In this document: positions 37,172-50,390 of the stretch, piece after piece | How the letters are laid out: each line of letters begins with the position of its first letter | Numbering within the stretch: position 1 is the first letter of the stretch | Assembly: GCF_009914755.1 (NCBI RefSeq) | Contig: NC_060944.1 | Reading direction: 5' to 3' (one strand) | Length of the DNA stretch: 64,000 nucleotides | Source of the DNA: the human T2T-CHM13v2.0 reference genome, Homo sapiens | Notes under the pieces: generated by a model | Databases searched by the model: none | Seen by the model: the letters and a program-made list of their open reading frames with translations, nothing else | Told to the model about the DNA's origin: nothing | Translations under genes and position numbers: made by a program

Positions 37172-39981
37172 AGTCTTTTCCTCCTCACTTGGGTAGCAAG
37201 GCCTGAAGGTAAGGATGCTGGTCAGAGCCAGGAGACCCAGCTCTAGCCCTGAAACAACTGCTTGTAATTTCCTGTTTGGAATTACACAGTCTTTAAATTA
37301 GTCAGTGCACCACTGTTGAACTTGGTTTCTTTACTGGCAGAATGATAGAAGTGGACTAATGATGTCCAATATCCCTACCATTCAAAAATCAATGAAATCA
37401 GTGCTGAAAACCCCAGGCAATGGGTCCTGGCCTAGTGACCGATGGCCTCAGCTGGCATCATCTTAATAATGCTTCAGTAACTGATCTGGACCCAATTGGA
37501 AGATTAATTACATTCATCGCCTCCCTCATCCCAATCCTTATTTTTTCCCCCCTCAGAATTGCTTGCCTTCATCTTTCTGAAGCCTTCTCAGAGTTAAGAA
37601 ATCCTGTCTTCTTCCTCAAAGCCCTATTCTGAGTCATCACTGCTTTGGGTATCTCCTGTCCTTCTCAATCAGATTTGTAGCTATCTAGCACATACTGTCT
37701 CCTACAACCTGCCTAAACTTTGTATAAATTTCTTTCTAGACCTCTTCTTGATCATCTCGTGTGTCTGACTTAGCAATGTATTAGCTGCAGTTCCCTCACT
37801 CATCCTCTTACTTCTTCTGCCGCTTAGCAAAGAGGAAACAGAAGCTTTTATAGAATCTGTGAGCTGTAAAGTACTTTAAAAGTAACATTCCTGTGTGACC
37901 TGAATCTCATGATACTGATAGCCAGCTCAAAAACTAATCACATTGGGAGGATGTGGGGTAAAATGACATCACAGGAAAGCTTTAAAAACATAGGACAAGG
38001 AGAGAAGGAAGCTTTAAAGCCTATGAGGTCAGAGGTCAGCAGTTGGTGGTACAATGTTGATTAATTAAATTCATAGTCACACATCAAATAAATTCACATG
38101 TCCCGGAGGGGAAAAAAAAAAAACACATTCGCCTTGTCACAACCTACTGCAGATTTCAATGTCTTTCCACCAAGGTAAAACATGGTATCACAAGAGGAAA
38201 TCCTAACTGATTTTCTTATTGTTGACTACAGAGGTCAACCTCAGCAGTGACTGACTTACTGGTAAGAACAAATCTGTATCCCTAAAAAGAGATGGGGGGA
38301 AATCCTATTTAAGGATTAGCATTTCCTTCTAAATGCTTAACAATGATTCCAGAGAAATTCAGTCAAATGATGCCTGCTCCCGAATGATGCTGAATAACAG
38401 CTGTACTGGGCTTATGGCTTGCTTTCTTTGGTTGTGGAAAAATATATTTCATCCTCTTCTTTGCTGTTGTTGATATGGTTCATATTACTCAAAGATGTCT
38501 AATTCTCATGTCTTAAATTGAGACTGTTGGCACTTTCTGCTGACTCATTGTGTCTTAATCTTCCAAGGTGGTCCATTTTTACTTAAAGAAAAAGGTTATT
38601 TTCCTCCAAAGTGGCAGGTTCTACAAAATGACCATCTGGTCCCAGCTTCCCCATCACTTCCTTTATTCAAATGACACTAGTCACAGATCTTGAACTTGAG
38701 AGATGACTTTCCATGCCTGTAACCTTGAATCAGTGGTTTCTGTCCTTTACTGATAACAGCAAGTAAAAAAATGAAAGTCTCTTAGGTGCCCCCCTGAGGC
38801 CAGAGTTCAGCCCTACACTCTTGCCTCATTCCTTTTTCAGAGAATTTTCTCAGTTGAGCTCTGAAAATCCTGCAAGTTGGACAGAGTTCCCTTTCCATGA
38901 AGAGTCTCAGACCAAGTTGTTAATCTCCTTTATTTATGTTCATCTTTGGTACAGTTTCAAAGAATAATAACTGGCAAATTCCAAAACAGTGAATTTCTTA
39001 AATTTCCCTGCAGTTATTCCGAAGTTGGTCTGGCAGCTAGGTATAGGTAAATCACACTGTGACTTCTCTATCAATAAACAGAAAATGCACAGAAATAAAT
39101 GCCAGAAAGACTGCTAGGAAGAACACTGGCAAACTATTTCAATACGCATTAGCCTTGTTGAGTGAATTTTTTATTTTAATGGGAAAGTCCATTCCTAATT
39201 TATGCCAGAGAAATTGCTGAATGTATCTACTTTTTCCAATTCCATGATCACTGCCCATGTATTGCTTCATCATAAATCAGCTGCTATTATGGCATTCTTC
39301 ATTAATTAATCCATTGAACAAATATTTATTGAACACCTGCCATGTACCAGGAAAACATACACTGGTTCCTAAAGTCAGAGCTGTAAATAAAATCATCATG
39401 TTTCTGCCCTCCATGTGTTATGCTAGGTGTCCCCTCTTGAGGTGTCATTATTTTAAAAGGCATGTTTCAATGGGATGCCTTTTAGAATCTAAGACATTAA
39501 TTCAATGTAGAAAAGAGCTATGGCTCTCTAATCAAAATATACAATCTATTGAAGGTTTCTACTGAGCTGTCAGTATCTACAGAGAGATTGCTATATCATA
39601 AACAAATACATATTAAGAACCAGCCTCAGCCATCACCGAACTCAGTAAATATCTAAGGTATGTCTTTGTGTGAACTTGTCTCTATTTACATGGCAATCAA
39701 CTAGGATGTCACTAAAATGTCCCTTAAATACATGACTATATTCCAGTATCCCAATCTGTTGGGATCTCTCCCTGTAGAGACCACTTTCTGCCGCTCATGG
39801 GAGGAAGGGGTCAAGCTTTAAGAAACATGGTACCTCCTGGGCCAGAAATCCTATTCCCAACTCCAAAACTCATGGAGCAATGCAAGAATAGGTTGACTAA
39901 GAAAGGATCCTTTGGATGAGAGTACTTCCCAATCCAATCCACTTTCCTCCTCTGAAAACTTCCTGTCATTAAACAAAGTTC

Positions 39982-40037
39982 AGTGATTCGGGATCAAGTA
40001 GAATTATGTAGTGATTCTGGATCAAGTAGAATTATGT
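39982..40037 (+). repeat. 28-bp tandem duplication (1 mismatch)
   Basis: AGTGATTC(G/T)GGATCAAGTAGAATTATGT twice. Confidence 0.95.
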
Positions 40038-43000
40038 CTTAATTTCCCAAACTCCTACTTCTAGAAATTCACCTCTTACCAATGAGCAATGCCCCTATCT
40101 CCCTTGTAAGATTGATCACACTGCTTTGTAGTTACCTACTTATGTATTTCTCTTTCTTAATAGACTTTGGAAGTCTTTGAGAGCAAGGGTAATATCTTAG
40201 CTTTCTTTGAATCTTCAGTACCTATAACAGTGCCTGCCACACCCATGTATGCAGGAAATAAGTGAGCGAATGGGGATACCAGCTACCCCTTTGCAGAGAA
40301 AAGAATTCTACCACTGTAAGTAATCCTGCTTTTTATTGATCAAATGTTATGATCAGAATAACTCAGGAATTGTTGTGTACCCTTGCACATAGATTCATCC
40401 TAAATATTGGAATAAAATTATGTCCCAAGGAATTACTTAGGTTTACCCTAACTAGCTGCCAAACTATGGCAAATGGTATAATATTCTAATCTGTTGTTTT
40501 ATCACTTATGAGTCAGGAGTTAAAATGCTAACGAAGGATCAAAGGATTCTCAATAAAGGCATTGCTAAAATCAGGTTTATATTCAGAGATTAAAAGCCAT
40601 TCACTAAGAGCATTTAAAGTCAAGCAGTTTAGCATATATGAATTATAAGTTTAAATGTTTTACTGTTCACTAGGATGAAAAGGATATTTCATACATCCAT
40701 TTGAGACATATATTACATTCACCAGTGGGGTAGATTTATGGCTTTGGCCAACTTGTGTTTTCAGGGTCACATATTTGCTGCTGTGCTATTAGAATTGGCA
40801 TGGTGGACACAAGTTTTTCATGTCAATTCCGCTTCCTTAAAAGTGTCCTTCAGAGACACCAGTCTCTGGGCTTTTCCTCTCAAATAGTCAGTGTCCTCTT
40901 GCCTGGGAGAGAATCATAAGCCTGGGCATGATTTGGTAAATAAGTCCCATTTGTCCTTAGAAAAAAACCTTCACCAATTGAGCATTGAATTTTGCATATC
41001 TTTTTTCCCCATTCCTTCTCATGAAAACACGGGTTACTCTGCATCCAACTTTCTCCAGAGAAGACTGAAGATACTACCACTTAATGACCACAAGGAAAAA
41101 AGTAACTAACTTCCTAAATGTCTACTGTGTGCTGCACTGGGCACTTGATGTATGTTGTTTCCTTTATTTTCCATGGCAGCCTTAAAAGAGTTCGGAACAC
41201 TTGTCTCTGACTGCAAAGTCCATGGTTTTCCCCACCACCCCATAAATTATCCCATGAGTTGCACAAAATACGTTGAGATCCTCTAACAGAAAGCACACTG
41301 CTGATACATAGAACGTGAGTCAGCCAAATCTAAAAAGCTGAGTCCTCCAAGCTAAATAGCCAGGTGAGATATGGTGGTGTAAGTGACCAGAGAAACTATG
41401 TGTCCAAACAAGTTCATGGAGCAATGGGTGGAGAGTCAGCTGGCTGCATGCCAGCTCTGCCACTTCAATTGTATAACCCTGAACAATTTACCTAATCTGA
41501 ACTGAGCCTCACTTTTATTTACATCTGTAAAAGGAGAGCAATTGCTGCCATGCATATATGTCAAGTGGTTGTCGTGAGACCTAAAGGAGCTAATGCTTGT
41601 GAAGTAGTTACCTCCACCACTCTGAGAAAGAGGAAGGGACTGTTGTTATGTTCAGTTACCTGCTATTTGCCATACCAGATTTCCAGGGTTCTTTATTATA
41701 GGTTACATGAAGGCCATATGCTTCTTTTCCTCTTTATTGTTGTGTTTGCTTAAAAACAAGTCTTGGTATCACATATTTTTTAGCTTGATCAGCATGCATA
41801 ATAAAATGGGGAAATATGTCAACAGCCTTTGATTTTTCTATTTGGGGAAAGATTTTTAAATGCCTTTGATTAGCATCTCTGCTTTGGGAATGACCTCATG
41901 TTTCTCAGGGTAATGTTTAGATACCTGAAGAGGCCCAGTTGTTATTTAAACACTGGTCCCCTCTTCCTTAACATCTTGTATTTTAAAGATGCTTGAGGAG
42001 TTAAAAGAGATGATATGCAATATGTCCTGCTATTCTTTAGCTTTTGAAAAAGAAATTTTCTGTAAGCTATTTAGTGAACCATTACTGAAGCTACATCTGT
42101 TGGCTTCATTTTATATTCAGCTTTGTGTTAAGGATTTTTGTTGGGGGCGGGGATAGGTTTCTTATTAAATATTGTGTGTGCACATGTGTTTTTGTATGTG
42201 CACACAATACACAAGCAGAGAGATGCAAACCCAGACTCTTTCTTGGAGCCAGCCTTGAATACAAAATTCCTACATGCATCATCTCATTGTCAAAACCTTT
42301 AGTTTTATTCATAAACCAATAAATATAAAACCTGCACAAGCAAGTTACAAGAATAGCAGAATCTGTGCTCCTAAGCTGCATTCACAGAATGATTTTTCTT
42401 TAAGGTTGGAAAAGGCTTCCAAAACAACCCTATATAAAGCAATGACTTCAAATTCTGCTTTGGGGAGAAACTCTACAGACAGGAGAGCTTACTGGGGAAA
42501 GATTTTGAAAGTCACACTATTTTTTGAGCATCTACTATGTGGTAGATATTATGTTAGGCTATCGTTGCTTGTTTTGTATTTATTTTCTACAGCAACCTTC
42601 TGAGTGGCAGGTTATACTTCACACTTGACTAAGAGACAATACTGTTTAATCAAGGTCTTGCAATGGATTCTAAGGTACTGATCACAACTCTTCCCCCGAC
42701 AAACAAGTTCATACATAAACAGGGGTTAGTAATTAAAATACTAGGCATTTTGTTAAGCAGAATTTGGGGGAAAAAAGAAGAAGAAAAGAAAAGATTACAA
42801 CCAGCAACCAGAGTCAGATTATCAGATTTCCTTACTCCTTTCTAGTTCTACTCCAAGATTAGACATTGGGACCTACCAAAGGAGAAAGGGCTGCAGAAAT
42901 GTGTGTAGTCAGACAGGATAGCTAGAGAACCAAAGGCCCTTCTCTCCTTTTCCCACCCATACCCCCAAGTGACAGAACCTGCTTCCAGAAACTTGCAATC

Positions 43001-43349
43001 TGGGGGAGCAGAAAATGCAAGCTTGCTATAGGCAGGCAGATCCCAGAGAAAAAGCCAAGGAGGAGAACTGAGTTATACTTGCTCACTGCTTATTTCCCAT
43101 CTCACAGAATACTTTAGTTGGGGGTGGGAGGGACAAGTAAAGGAAGGGGTGGAGGGAATATCATCCCAACACTCATCTTCCCAAAGAACGGAGAGTCCCA
43201 TTTTGTGGGACAAAGTAGGAATTGATGAGTCTTTGAGAGGGGGAAAATGGTTCCTTCTTCTACACAGTTAATAAGAGAGAGAACTTGAGTTTGAATTTAA
43301 GATCTCAAGTGCAATGACCTTCTACAATCAATGATTCATTACTCTAGGA

Positions 43350-43530
43350 CACTTGTTCTCAAACTATGGTGTTTAGCAGCATCAGCATCACCCAGGATTT
43401 TGTTTGAAATGCAATTCCCAGGCCCCACACAGACCTACTGAATCTGAAACTCTAGGGCGAGACCCAGTAACCTCTGTTTTAATCATCTCCAGGTGATTCT
43501 GATGCATGCTCAAGTTTGAGAACCACTGCC
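43350..43530. mobile_element. MER5A hAT-Charlie element
   Basis: TTCTCAAAC...CAGCAGCATCAGCATCACC...AAGTTTGAGAACCACTG. Confidence 0.85.
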
Positions 43531-44569
43531 CTAGAGATCTTTGTTGTTCCTTCAAACCTTCACATCTGTCTCAAACTGAGCCTGTTGAGGATGAGGTGTT
43601 TTCACTGTTCTCAACCTTTCAAAAGTTGTGACTGGGTACTTAGCAAGAGAAGAGCTGTCCTGGACCATTGGATAGAAATCTCCATTTACCCTCTGATTTA
43701 GTAATGAAGATGCTATTTTTCTTCCAAGTGAGTTTGAAGGATGAGGAAGGTGAGCATTCACAGAGTGAGGACAAGTGTGTGGGATGGGGGCCAACTGGCT
43801 CCTTTATTGTGCTTTGTTTTCTTCAACAGTGGCCCAATCCCAGCCCCCAGAATCTTGTCTCCAAAGCTTAAAATCTCATCAAATAATAGGACATCTCCTT
43901 TCCTCTTTCTGCAGTCCCAGCCCATAGCCTCTGAAGGATACCAAATAGGAAAAAGTGTCCCCAGTGCAAAGGATAAAGGAGTTTCTATCACTCCTCCTCT
44001 GTGTCACCCCCCACACTTCCTGCCCCCATCCCTCAGCAATGAGCTACCACAGAGGCAGAGAGTCATCCTGGCCTTTTCTACTCATCCCCTGCAATGTCTT
44101 GTTTCTGCCCTGGATTAAAATACCAATTGCCCTTGGGAAAAGGATCCTGATGTCTTACATTGCCCTTTTTTTCCTGTCCTCCTCTTGCTTAGAATCATGG
44201 GTTCAGAGCACTTGCTGAGATTTTTAAATTGTATTTTCAAAAACATTGCAGATGACCAGGCCCAGAGATAAATTTCACACCAAGGTCACAGGGTGAGCAC
44301 TGCAGCCAAGGCTCCTGACTCAAGCTTCAGCTCTTCTTCCACTGCCCTTTACTGCCTTACCACATCTGCCTCCATCTCTTCCAAATTTTCTCTCTGGTGC
44401 AGGTCCAATCTCCTGGAGTTTCCAGATCCCCAATCAGGAATTCTCTCAGTCTGTTGTTACACTCAGAGGTCTTGGCCTCAAGTGGTGTCCCAAACTCTAC
44501 AAAACAGGGTAGGAACATTCTCATAACCCTGAGCTATCAGGCAGAGCTTCCTCCAAAATTTGGATGTAC

Positions 44570-44788
44570 AGATTGTACCCAAACCCAAAATGTTTCACAA
44601 TCTGAAACTTTTTGAGCACCAATATGACCCTCAAAGGAAATGCCTATTAGAGCATTTCAGATTTCAGATTTTCAGATTTGGGATGCTCAACTGGTAAACA
44701 TAATGCAAATATTACAAAATCTAAAAATATCTGAAATGGAAAACACCTCTGGTCTCAAGTATTTTGGATAAGGGATACTCAACCTATA
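44570..44788. mobile_element. Tigger4/MER46-like TcMar element
   Basis: GAGCATTTCAGATTTCAGATTTTCAGATTTGGGATGCTCAAC...GGATAAGGGATACTCAACCT. Confidence 0.8.
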
Positions 44789-47700
44789 CTGCTTACATCT
44801 CTTTGGATTTTTCATATTATAGAAACCCAGCTATAAGTGGTTTTGGCAACAATTGAGATTTATTGGCTTAAACAATCTAAGCAAATGTTGAGCAGTCAAG
44901 CCATAGGAAAAGCAGAGACGTAGCTGGAATTCAGGAACAACTCAATCCCAGTGTGCAAACATTACCAAAGCTCTCTCTTTCTCAGCCTCCTGTCCCTGAT
45001 TCTTTCTGTACATTGATTCCACTTTCTCTTGTTGAAAAACACTTCCTCCCTCCCCATACCAGAAACATACACATGCGATTTGTACTCTCTGGACTTCCAC
45101 TATGGAAAAGGAACTGACAATTGTTGTCTGTATCCTCGATTCAAAAATACCAAGGAAGATCTCTGATTGGCATAGCTTGGGCCAAGTGCTCAATCAATTG
45201 TGGGTGTGGAGTGGCATGGAGGAATGTGATTTCCATGCTGGAACCACACAGTTCAGTTGGGAAGAACCAGTTGCAAAGCAGACACAGTAAGCCATCTTTC
45301 CTTATTTTCTCCAAAAGGTTGGGTTGAATAGCAAACCACAGGTAAAATCTCTGCTGCTTTGGAAGAATAAACTACTCACCTCTGAGAACATTAAGGAGAC
45401 TTCACAGAAGTGAGGAAGGATGTTTCTTTCACCTTTCTGTGCTCACACTAGCCTGGTTCTGCAGGATATTCCCTCCACGTTACAATTCATTCGCCAAATA
45501 TAGATTGTGCCTCCACCATAGACTAGGCACAGTTCTAAGCAATGGTAATAAGCAGAGAACAAAGTAGATGAAGTCCTGTTCTCATAGAGCTTACCTTCTA
45601 GTAGAGAAAGACAATGCTATGAGTTAAAGAATGCAGGATAGAGACATAGAGTGATATACCCCAAGGAGGTAAAATGATGATTTAGAAAGAGCTATGAGAG
45701 AATGCATCTCTGAGAGGCAGCATTTAAGCAGAGACCAAATCATCTGTGGGCTCAATGATTTTTATGCCCCCTTCCCGCAATAACATCAGCAGAACTCCAG
45801 CACTTGATCCCTTTATTTTTCAACAATAAAAATAAACTTAACCTTGATCTGAATCATATAGATCTGCTTTCCCATCATTTTCTCATTTGTCTCCCCAATT
45901 TCATGACCAGGCACACTTACAGCTCAAGGATACAGTGAGAGAAAAGAACTTCATAAAATCCAAACAGTCCACAGTGGCTGAAAATAAGGGATAACTGGTC
46001 CTCTGGTTCACGTCTTTCCTCCTCTGGCTCATTTTGCCTCCTATCATGACCATATTATGTGCACAGATATATGGATGAGCTGGGGCACCTATGGCCTGTG
46101 TGGGCTAAAGGGCTCAAAGATTAGAGCCAAACCAAAGATTCTGTCACAGGATATTAAACTGGGTGGTGAATTCCCATTAAGCCTAAGATTCCTTCCAGAC
46201 CTGCTTAAGCCACATCCCATGTAAGCTTTATGAAAATATATGCAACCCAGAGGGAAAAGATATGAATGTGATTCCTTGACCCAGCCAACCGTAACATTTA
46301 TCCTTGTCACAAATTTTCTTGGACACAGTGAAGGAAGGGAAAGGGAGAATCTCCTTCCTCTGCATTTACTAACCAAAACCCATCGTTCCATCAATCACAA
46401 AAAAGGCCCAGTGTAAAGCTGAGTTGTCTCTGGTCCATTGAGAAGGTAAGCATTAAGGGATGGCATCTAATTGGATAATGGGATGCAGGAAGGCATACAG
46501 ACCCGAGAACTAGACCCTCTTCTGCTTCTCTCTCAAGGTGGAAGAACTGGGCCAAATATGCTGTTAGGCTGCAAGATTGTGCCTCTGGACCAGCAAATTT
46601 AGTTTCAAGATCACGTTCTCCCTCGACTTGTTCTATTCCCTTCTTGTCCTAGTATCTCAGGCGTCTGGTTTTCCTTCCTTTTTATTTCTTTAAGCTTGTT
46701 TTCAACTTTGTTTGCCTGCGTGTAGCTTTTTGTGTATTATTGAATTGGAAATTAGTCCTCCACCTTAGGGCTTGAGACTCATATGGGTGGCTCTTTTATG
46801 TGCTTTTTCCTCCCAACTCTATTAACAATTTTGGCCCAATGGATCACAGTTGGCTTCTCAGTGAAGCAGGCGAAGTTCCCTTAATCATTTCTGAAGTTCT
46901 CCTTTTGGATATGACAGGCTGGTAACTTAAAAGAACCATGTCCTACATAGATAGACTTAAGTTTTTTCAGGTCACTTACCAAGCAATTGCGTTGATTTAT
47001 TCTGCGTCTGTTTAATGATCCTTGTTTCTTTTTTCTCAAATTGTTTCCCCACTATTATTTAATTTTTTTTTTGAACTTCATCACAGTTCTGGAAAGGAAG
47101 ATGATACAGAAACCACAGCCATTTTGCAGATATGAAAACTGGGACATAGAAATTTGACTGCCCTGGAAAAGATCACCTACTTATTTGATGACAGAGCCAG
47201 TTCAGGGATGAAGGTTAGCCAGATGTCCAGTTCCCCAATCTTGTTCTTAATCCATAAATGGAACACTAGTGCTCTATAGGCTTAATACTACCCACAAATT
47301 TATTTTATTTGGCTAGTACTGGATTTACAAAATCGTTAATCTGAAATGCCTTAAGGCAGGGTACTTCCTCTCCAATTTGGCGCAAAGCCTACCATTACTT
47401 ATGCCCAAGGCATAATTTTCATTATTCTCCCAGCCCTATAGGCATTTGAGATTGCTTCCATTGCTTACAAAAGTTGTGCAATTTGTCATGGTTTTATGAT
47501 CTGCCAGAATCAGAAATGGCTAGAAGTTTCTTGGGTTATTTTACCACAACTCTTTCCTATGAATGTCTTCTTGAGTTATGTCAGTATTTGGGGAAACACG
47601 ATTAGACATATAAATTGCACTAAATAGACTATGGCTTTTGATCTGAGTTGAATTCAAGCAGTCTCAGATTTTTGTTCTTCCCATGGATCCCACTGGCAGT

Positions 47701-47789
47701 ATGGTGAAGATATACTGAAGCCACTTTCAGAGTGATACTTTTTAATGTGTAAAATAAAATAACATAAAATAAAATAAAATAAATAGGGA

Positions 47790-48140
47790 TTAGCTGGGCA
47801 TGGTGATGTGCACCTGTATCCCAGCTATTTGAGAGGCCAAGGCAGAAGGATCACTTGAGCCCAAGAATTCAAGGGTTCAGCGGCCTTGAACTGGACCATG
47901 CCACTGCATTCCAGCCTGGGCAACATAGTGAGACCCTGTCTCTGCAGAAATAAAGTAAATTAGTTGGGCATGGTGGCATGCACCAGCAGTCCCAGCCACT
48001 CAGGGGACTAATGTAGGAGAATTGCTTGAGCCCACGAGTTTGAGGTTGCGGTGAGCTACGATCATGTCACTGCACTCCAGCCTGGGCAACAGAGCAAGAC
48101 CTCATCTCTAAAACATAAAAATTAAAAAATAAAAATAAAT
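47790..48140 (+). mobile_element. Atypical old Alu dimer (two right-arm-like monomers)
   Basis: Both arms contain the ...CCACTGCA(C/T)TCCAGCCTGGGCAAC segment normally confined to the right arm. Confidence 0.85.
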
Positions 48141-48464
48141 ACATGGGGACTATATAGGAAACCAATTTTATTGAAGTACAACTATTAAAATATTTTTAGA
48201 AAAACCACATTTGTGGTATAATATGTGTTTTTTAATTAAAGCATTAAATAACAATATTTAGTGGTAAGTCTAATAACTACCATAATTTCAAAGTGGTAAT
48301 GAGAATATCTGCTATTTTGAGATATCTGCAACAACTGTAAAATGATATGAAGACGTCAGTGTCGAGCTCTCCTGAATCCCTGTGGGTGGTGGGATGGAAG
48401 AAAACTAGTCAAGTAGAGGGAGGAGTGGATCCACATGTCATCCAGGTCCAGTGAAACTGGCTGG

Positions 48465-48930
48465 CCCTGAAGCAGTTATTTTTCTTGTATAACAAACCAC
48501 CCCAAAACTCAGTGGTTTAAAACAGCAACCATTTCTTATTGTGTATGTGTCTATGGGCTAATGAGTTAGTTCTTCAGTCAATTGGTAGATTGGCTGGAGC
48601 CTGCTTGGTGTGTTCACTCCCATGTCTAGTGGTTATTGCTGGCTCTTGGCTAGGGCATCAGGGGCTGGACCACATGTCTCTCATCCAACAGGCTAGCCCT
48701 AGTGTTGGCATACAGACATGGTGGGAGTTACAGAGTTTCTCAAAACAGCAAGAGAGAACAAGCCCCAATGTGCAAGTACCTTCCAAGTCTTTGTTGAGGC
48801 TACATTTGCTATTATCTCATTAACCAAAGTAAGTCACATGGCCAAGCACAGAGTCAGTGTGGAAGGGGGATTATGGATTTTGGGAGGGGAATTATGCCAA
48901 CTATATTTACAAAAAATCAACCATAGTTCC
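48465..48930 (-). mobile_element. MLT1-family LTR
   Basis: TAACAAACCACCCCAAAACTCAGTGGTTTAAAACAGCAACCATT. Confidence 0.75.
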
Positions 48931-49836
48931 CACCAATCTTGGGAGCATAGGTCAGAGAGAGCCCCACCTCTGCCATAGATAGATGGCCTCTGCCCATCCA
49001 TCCTGTGGCTACACATCTTCCACTAAGTTCCACAAACCAGGAAACTTAGACCTGGCTTATTAGTACCCTGTCCCCATAGACCTTGGAGCCCTCAAGTTTA
49101 ACTTTGGATATCCTTGGTTCAAGAGGGCACCTGAATATCTAGTTGCATCTCTCCAAGGTAACTAAGGAATCATAGACCCAGGTATCTGATCAATTCAGCA
49201 GGGAAGTCAAAGGGGAAATTTTCTCCTTTGAACATTGAGGATAAGTAAACTTTTCTGGATTCAAACTGGCAGGGTGGAGCAGGAGGGGATCAGCATCTTA
49301 TTGTTTTATGGTAATGTTGCTTTATCTGTAATTTCACTTGAGCCTGTCTTGGTAAAGACGATTGCATTTTAAGTTTTTTCCCTGTCTCTCCAGAAGTGCC
49401 CTCTGTTTAAGCAAATTCTACCTTCTCATCTAATTACAAGAGCTACCCATAATGTTAAAAACAATTCTCTGCCAGTCCTCTGCCCAATGAGCACTTTGGT
49501 AATGGGAACACAAGGGAGGAGGCAATGGAAAAAAACTCTGAAGGCCTTTCAGCTGTGTTGCCGTGTCATGGAAAACAAGCCAAGCAACTGCGTGGAAGCC
49601 TCGCAGCAGGTCCCACCAGAGCCTTCTTAGCGATTCCAGGGATTAGCAGGGCACGGCTGACTCACCCAGCTGCCTAGCCAGGCACTTCCATAGGGCATTC
49701 TGATACCTGGCTGTACATTTGCTCGACTCACTTCAGATATCAAATAGAAGACCCCTAAAGATGAGGCCCTGGGCAGAACTGTCTGTGTCAGTTCCTGCAC
49801 CAGCTTCAGTTTACTGAGCCTCCAAAGGAAAATACA

Positions 49837-49875
<39 letters not shown>

Positions 49876-49876
49876 A
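49837..49876 (+). repeat. (TAAA)10 tetranucleotide microsatellite
   Basis: 40 bp perfect repeat, counted directly. Confidence 0.97.
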
Positions 49877-49894
49877 GGCTTCTAAATTCTTTGG

Positions 49895-50390
49895 TTGGAA
49901 TGCTGTCCTAGGTTGAGCCCTCCCAAAAGCAGATCCTTAGTGAAGGACGAGGGTGCACATATTTTATTTGGGTGGTGATCCTAGGAAGCGCTGATGGGGG
50001 AGTGGAGAATCTAGACAGGGATTCAAAGAAAGTCAGTACAGGGGGCACTCATGAGCAGTTTGCCAGCTGCTGGGGCTCAGCCCAGCCAGGGACCTCTCTC
50101 AGAGAGAGTGTACAACATGCCTGGATTGCCTGACCTGAAAGGCAAGGAAGCTGGAGTATTATGCACCAACTCCCATCCTTCAGTGGCTAAGGGCTGTTCC
50201 CAGAGTGTAAACTTGCACCCAGCCCTGCAGGAGACAAATTCTACACCTCAGATTGGAGAAAATCCTAAGGCAATGAGTCTTGCCTCACTCACAGTAGAGG
50301 CACTAGCAGAAGAGGCCTTCAGAATACACAGAAAAGGCGAGTGCCAAGGGTATATGGTGGGCACCAACTGGCTGCTAGAATTTTGCGAAC
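49895..50390. mobile_element. Old ERVL-type LTR (LTR16/LTR33-like)
   Basis: TGTCCTAGGTTGAGCCCTCCCAAAAGCAGA...TTTATTTGGGTGGTGATCCTAGGAAGC; family uncertain. Confidence 0.5.

Noticed and set aside
38130-38180. Possible 22-nt microexon (38153-38174, donor AAG|GTAAAA)
   Set aside because: Weak polypyrimidine tract and weak donor; only 57 nt from the better candidate
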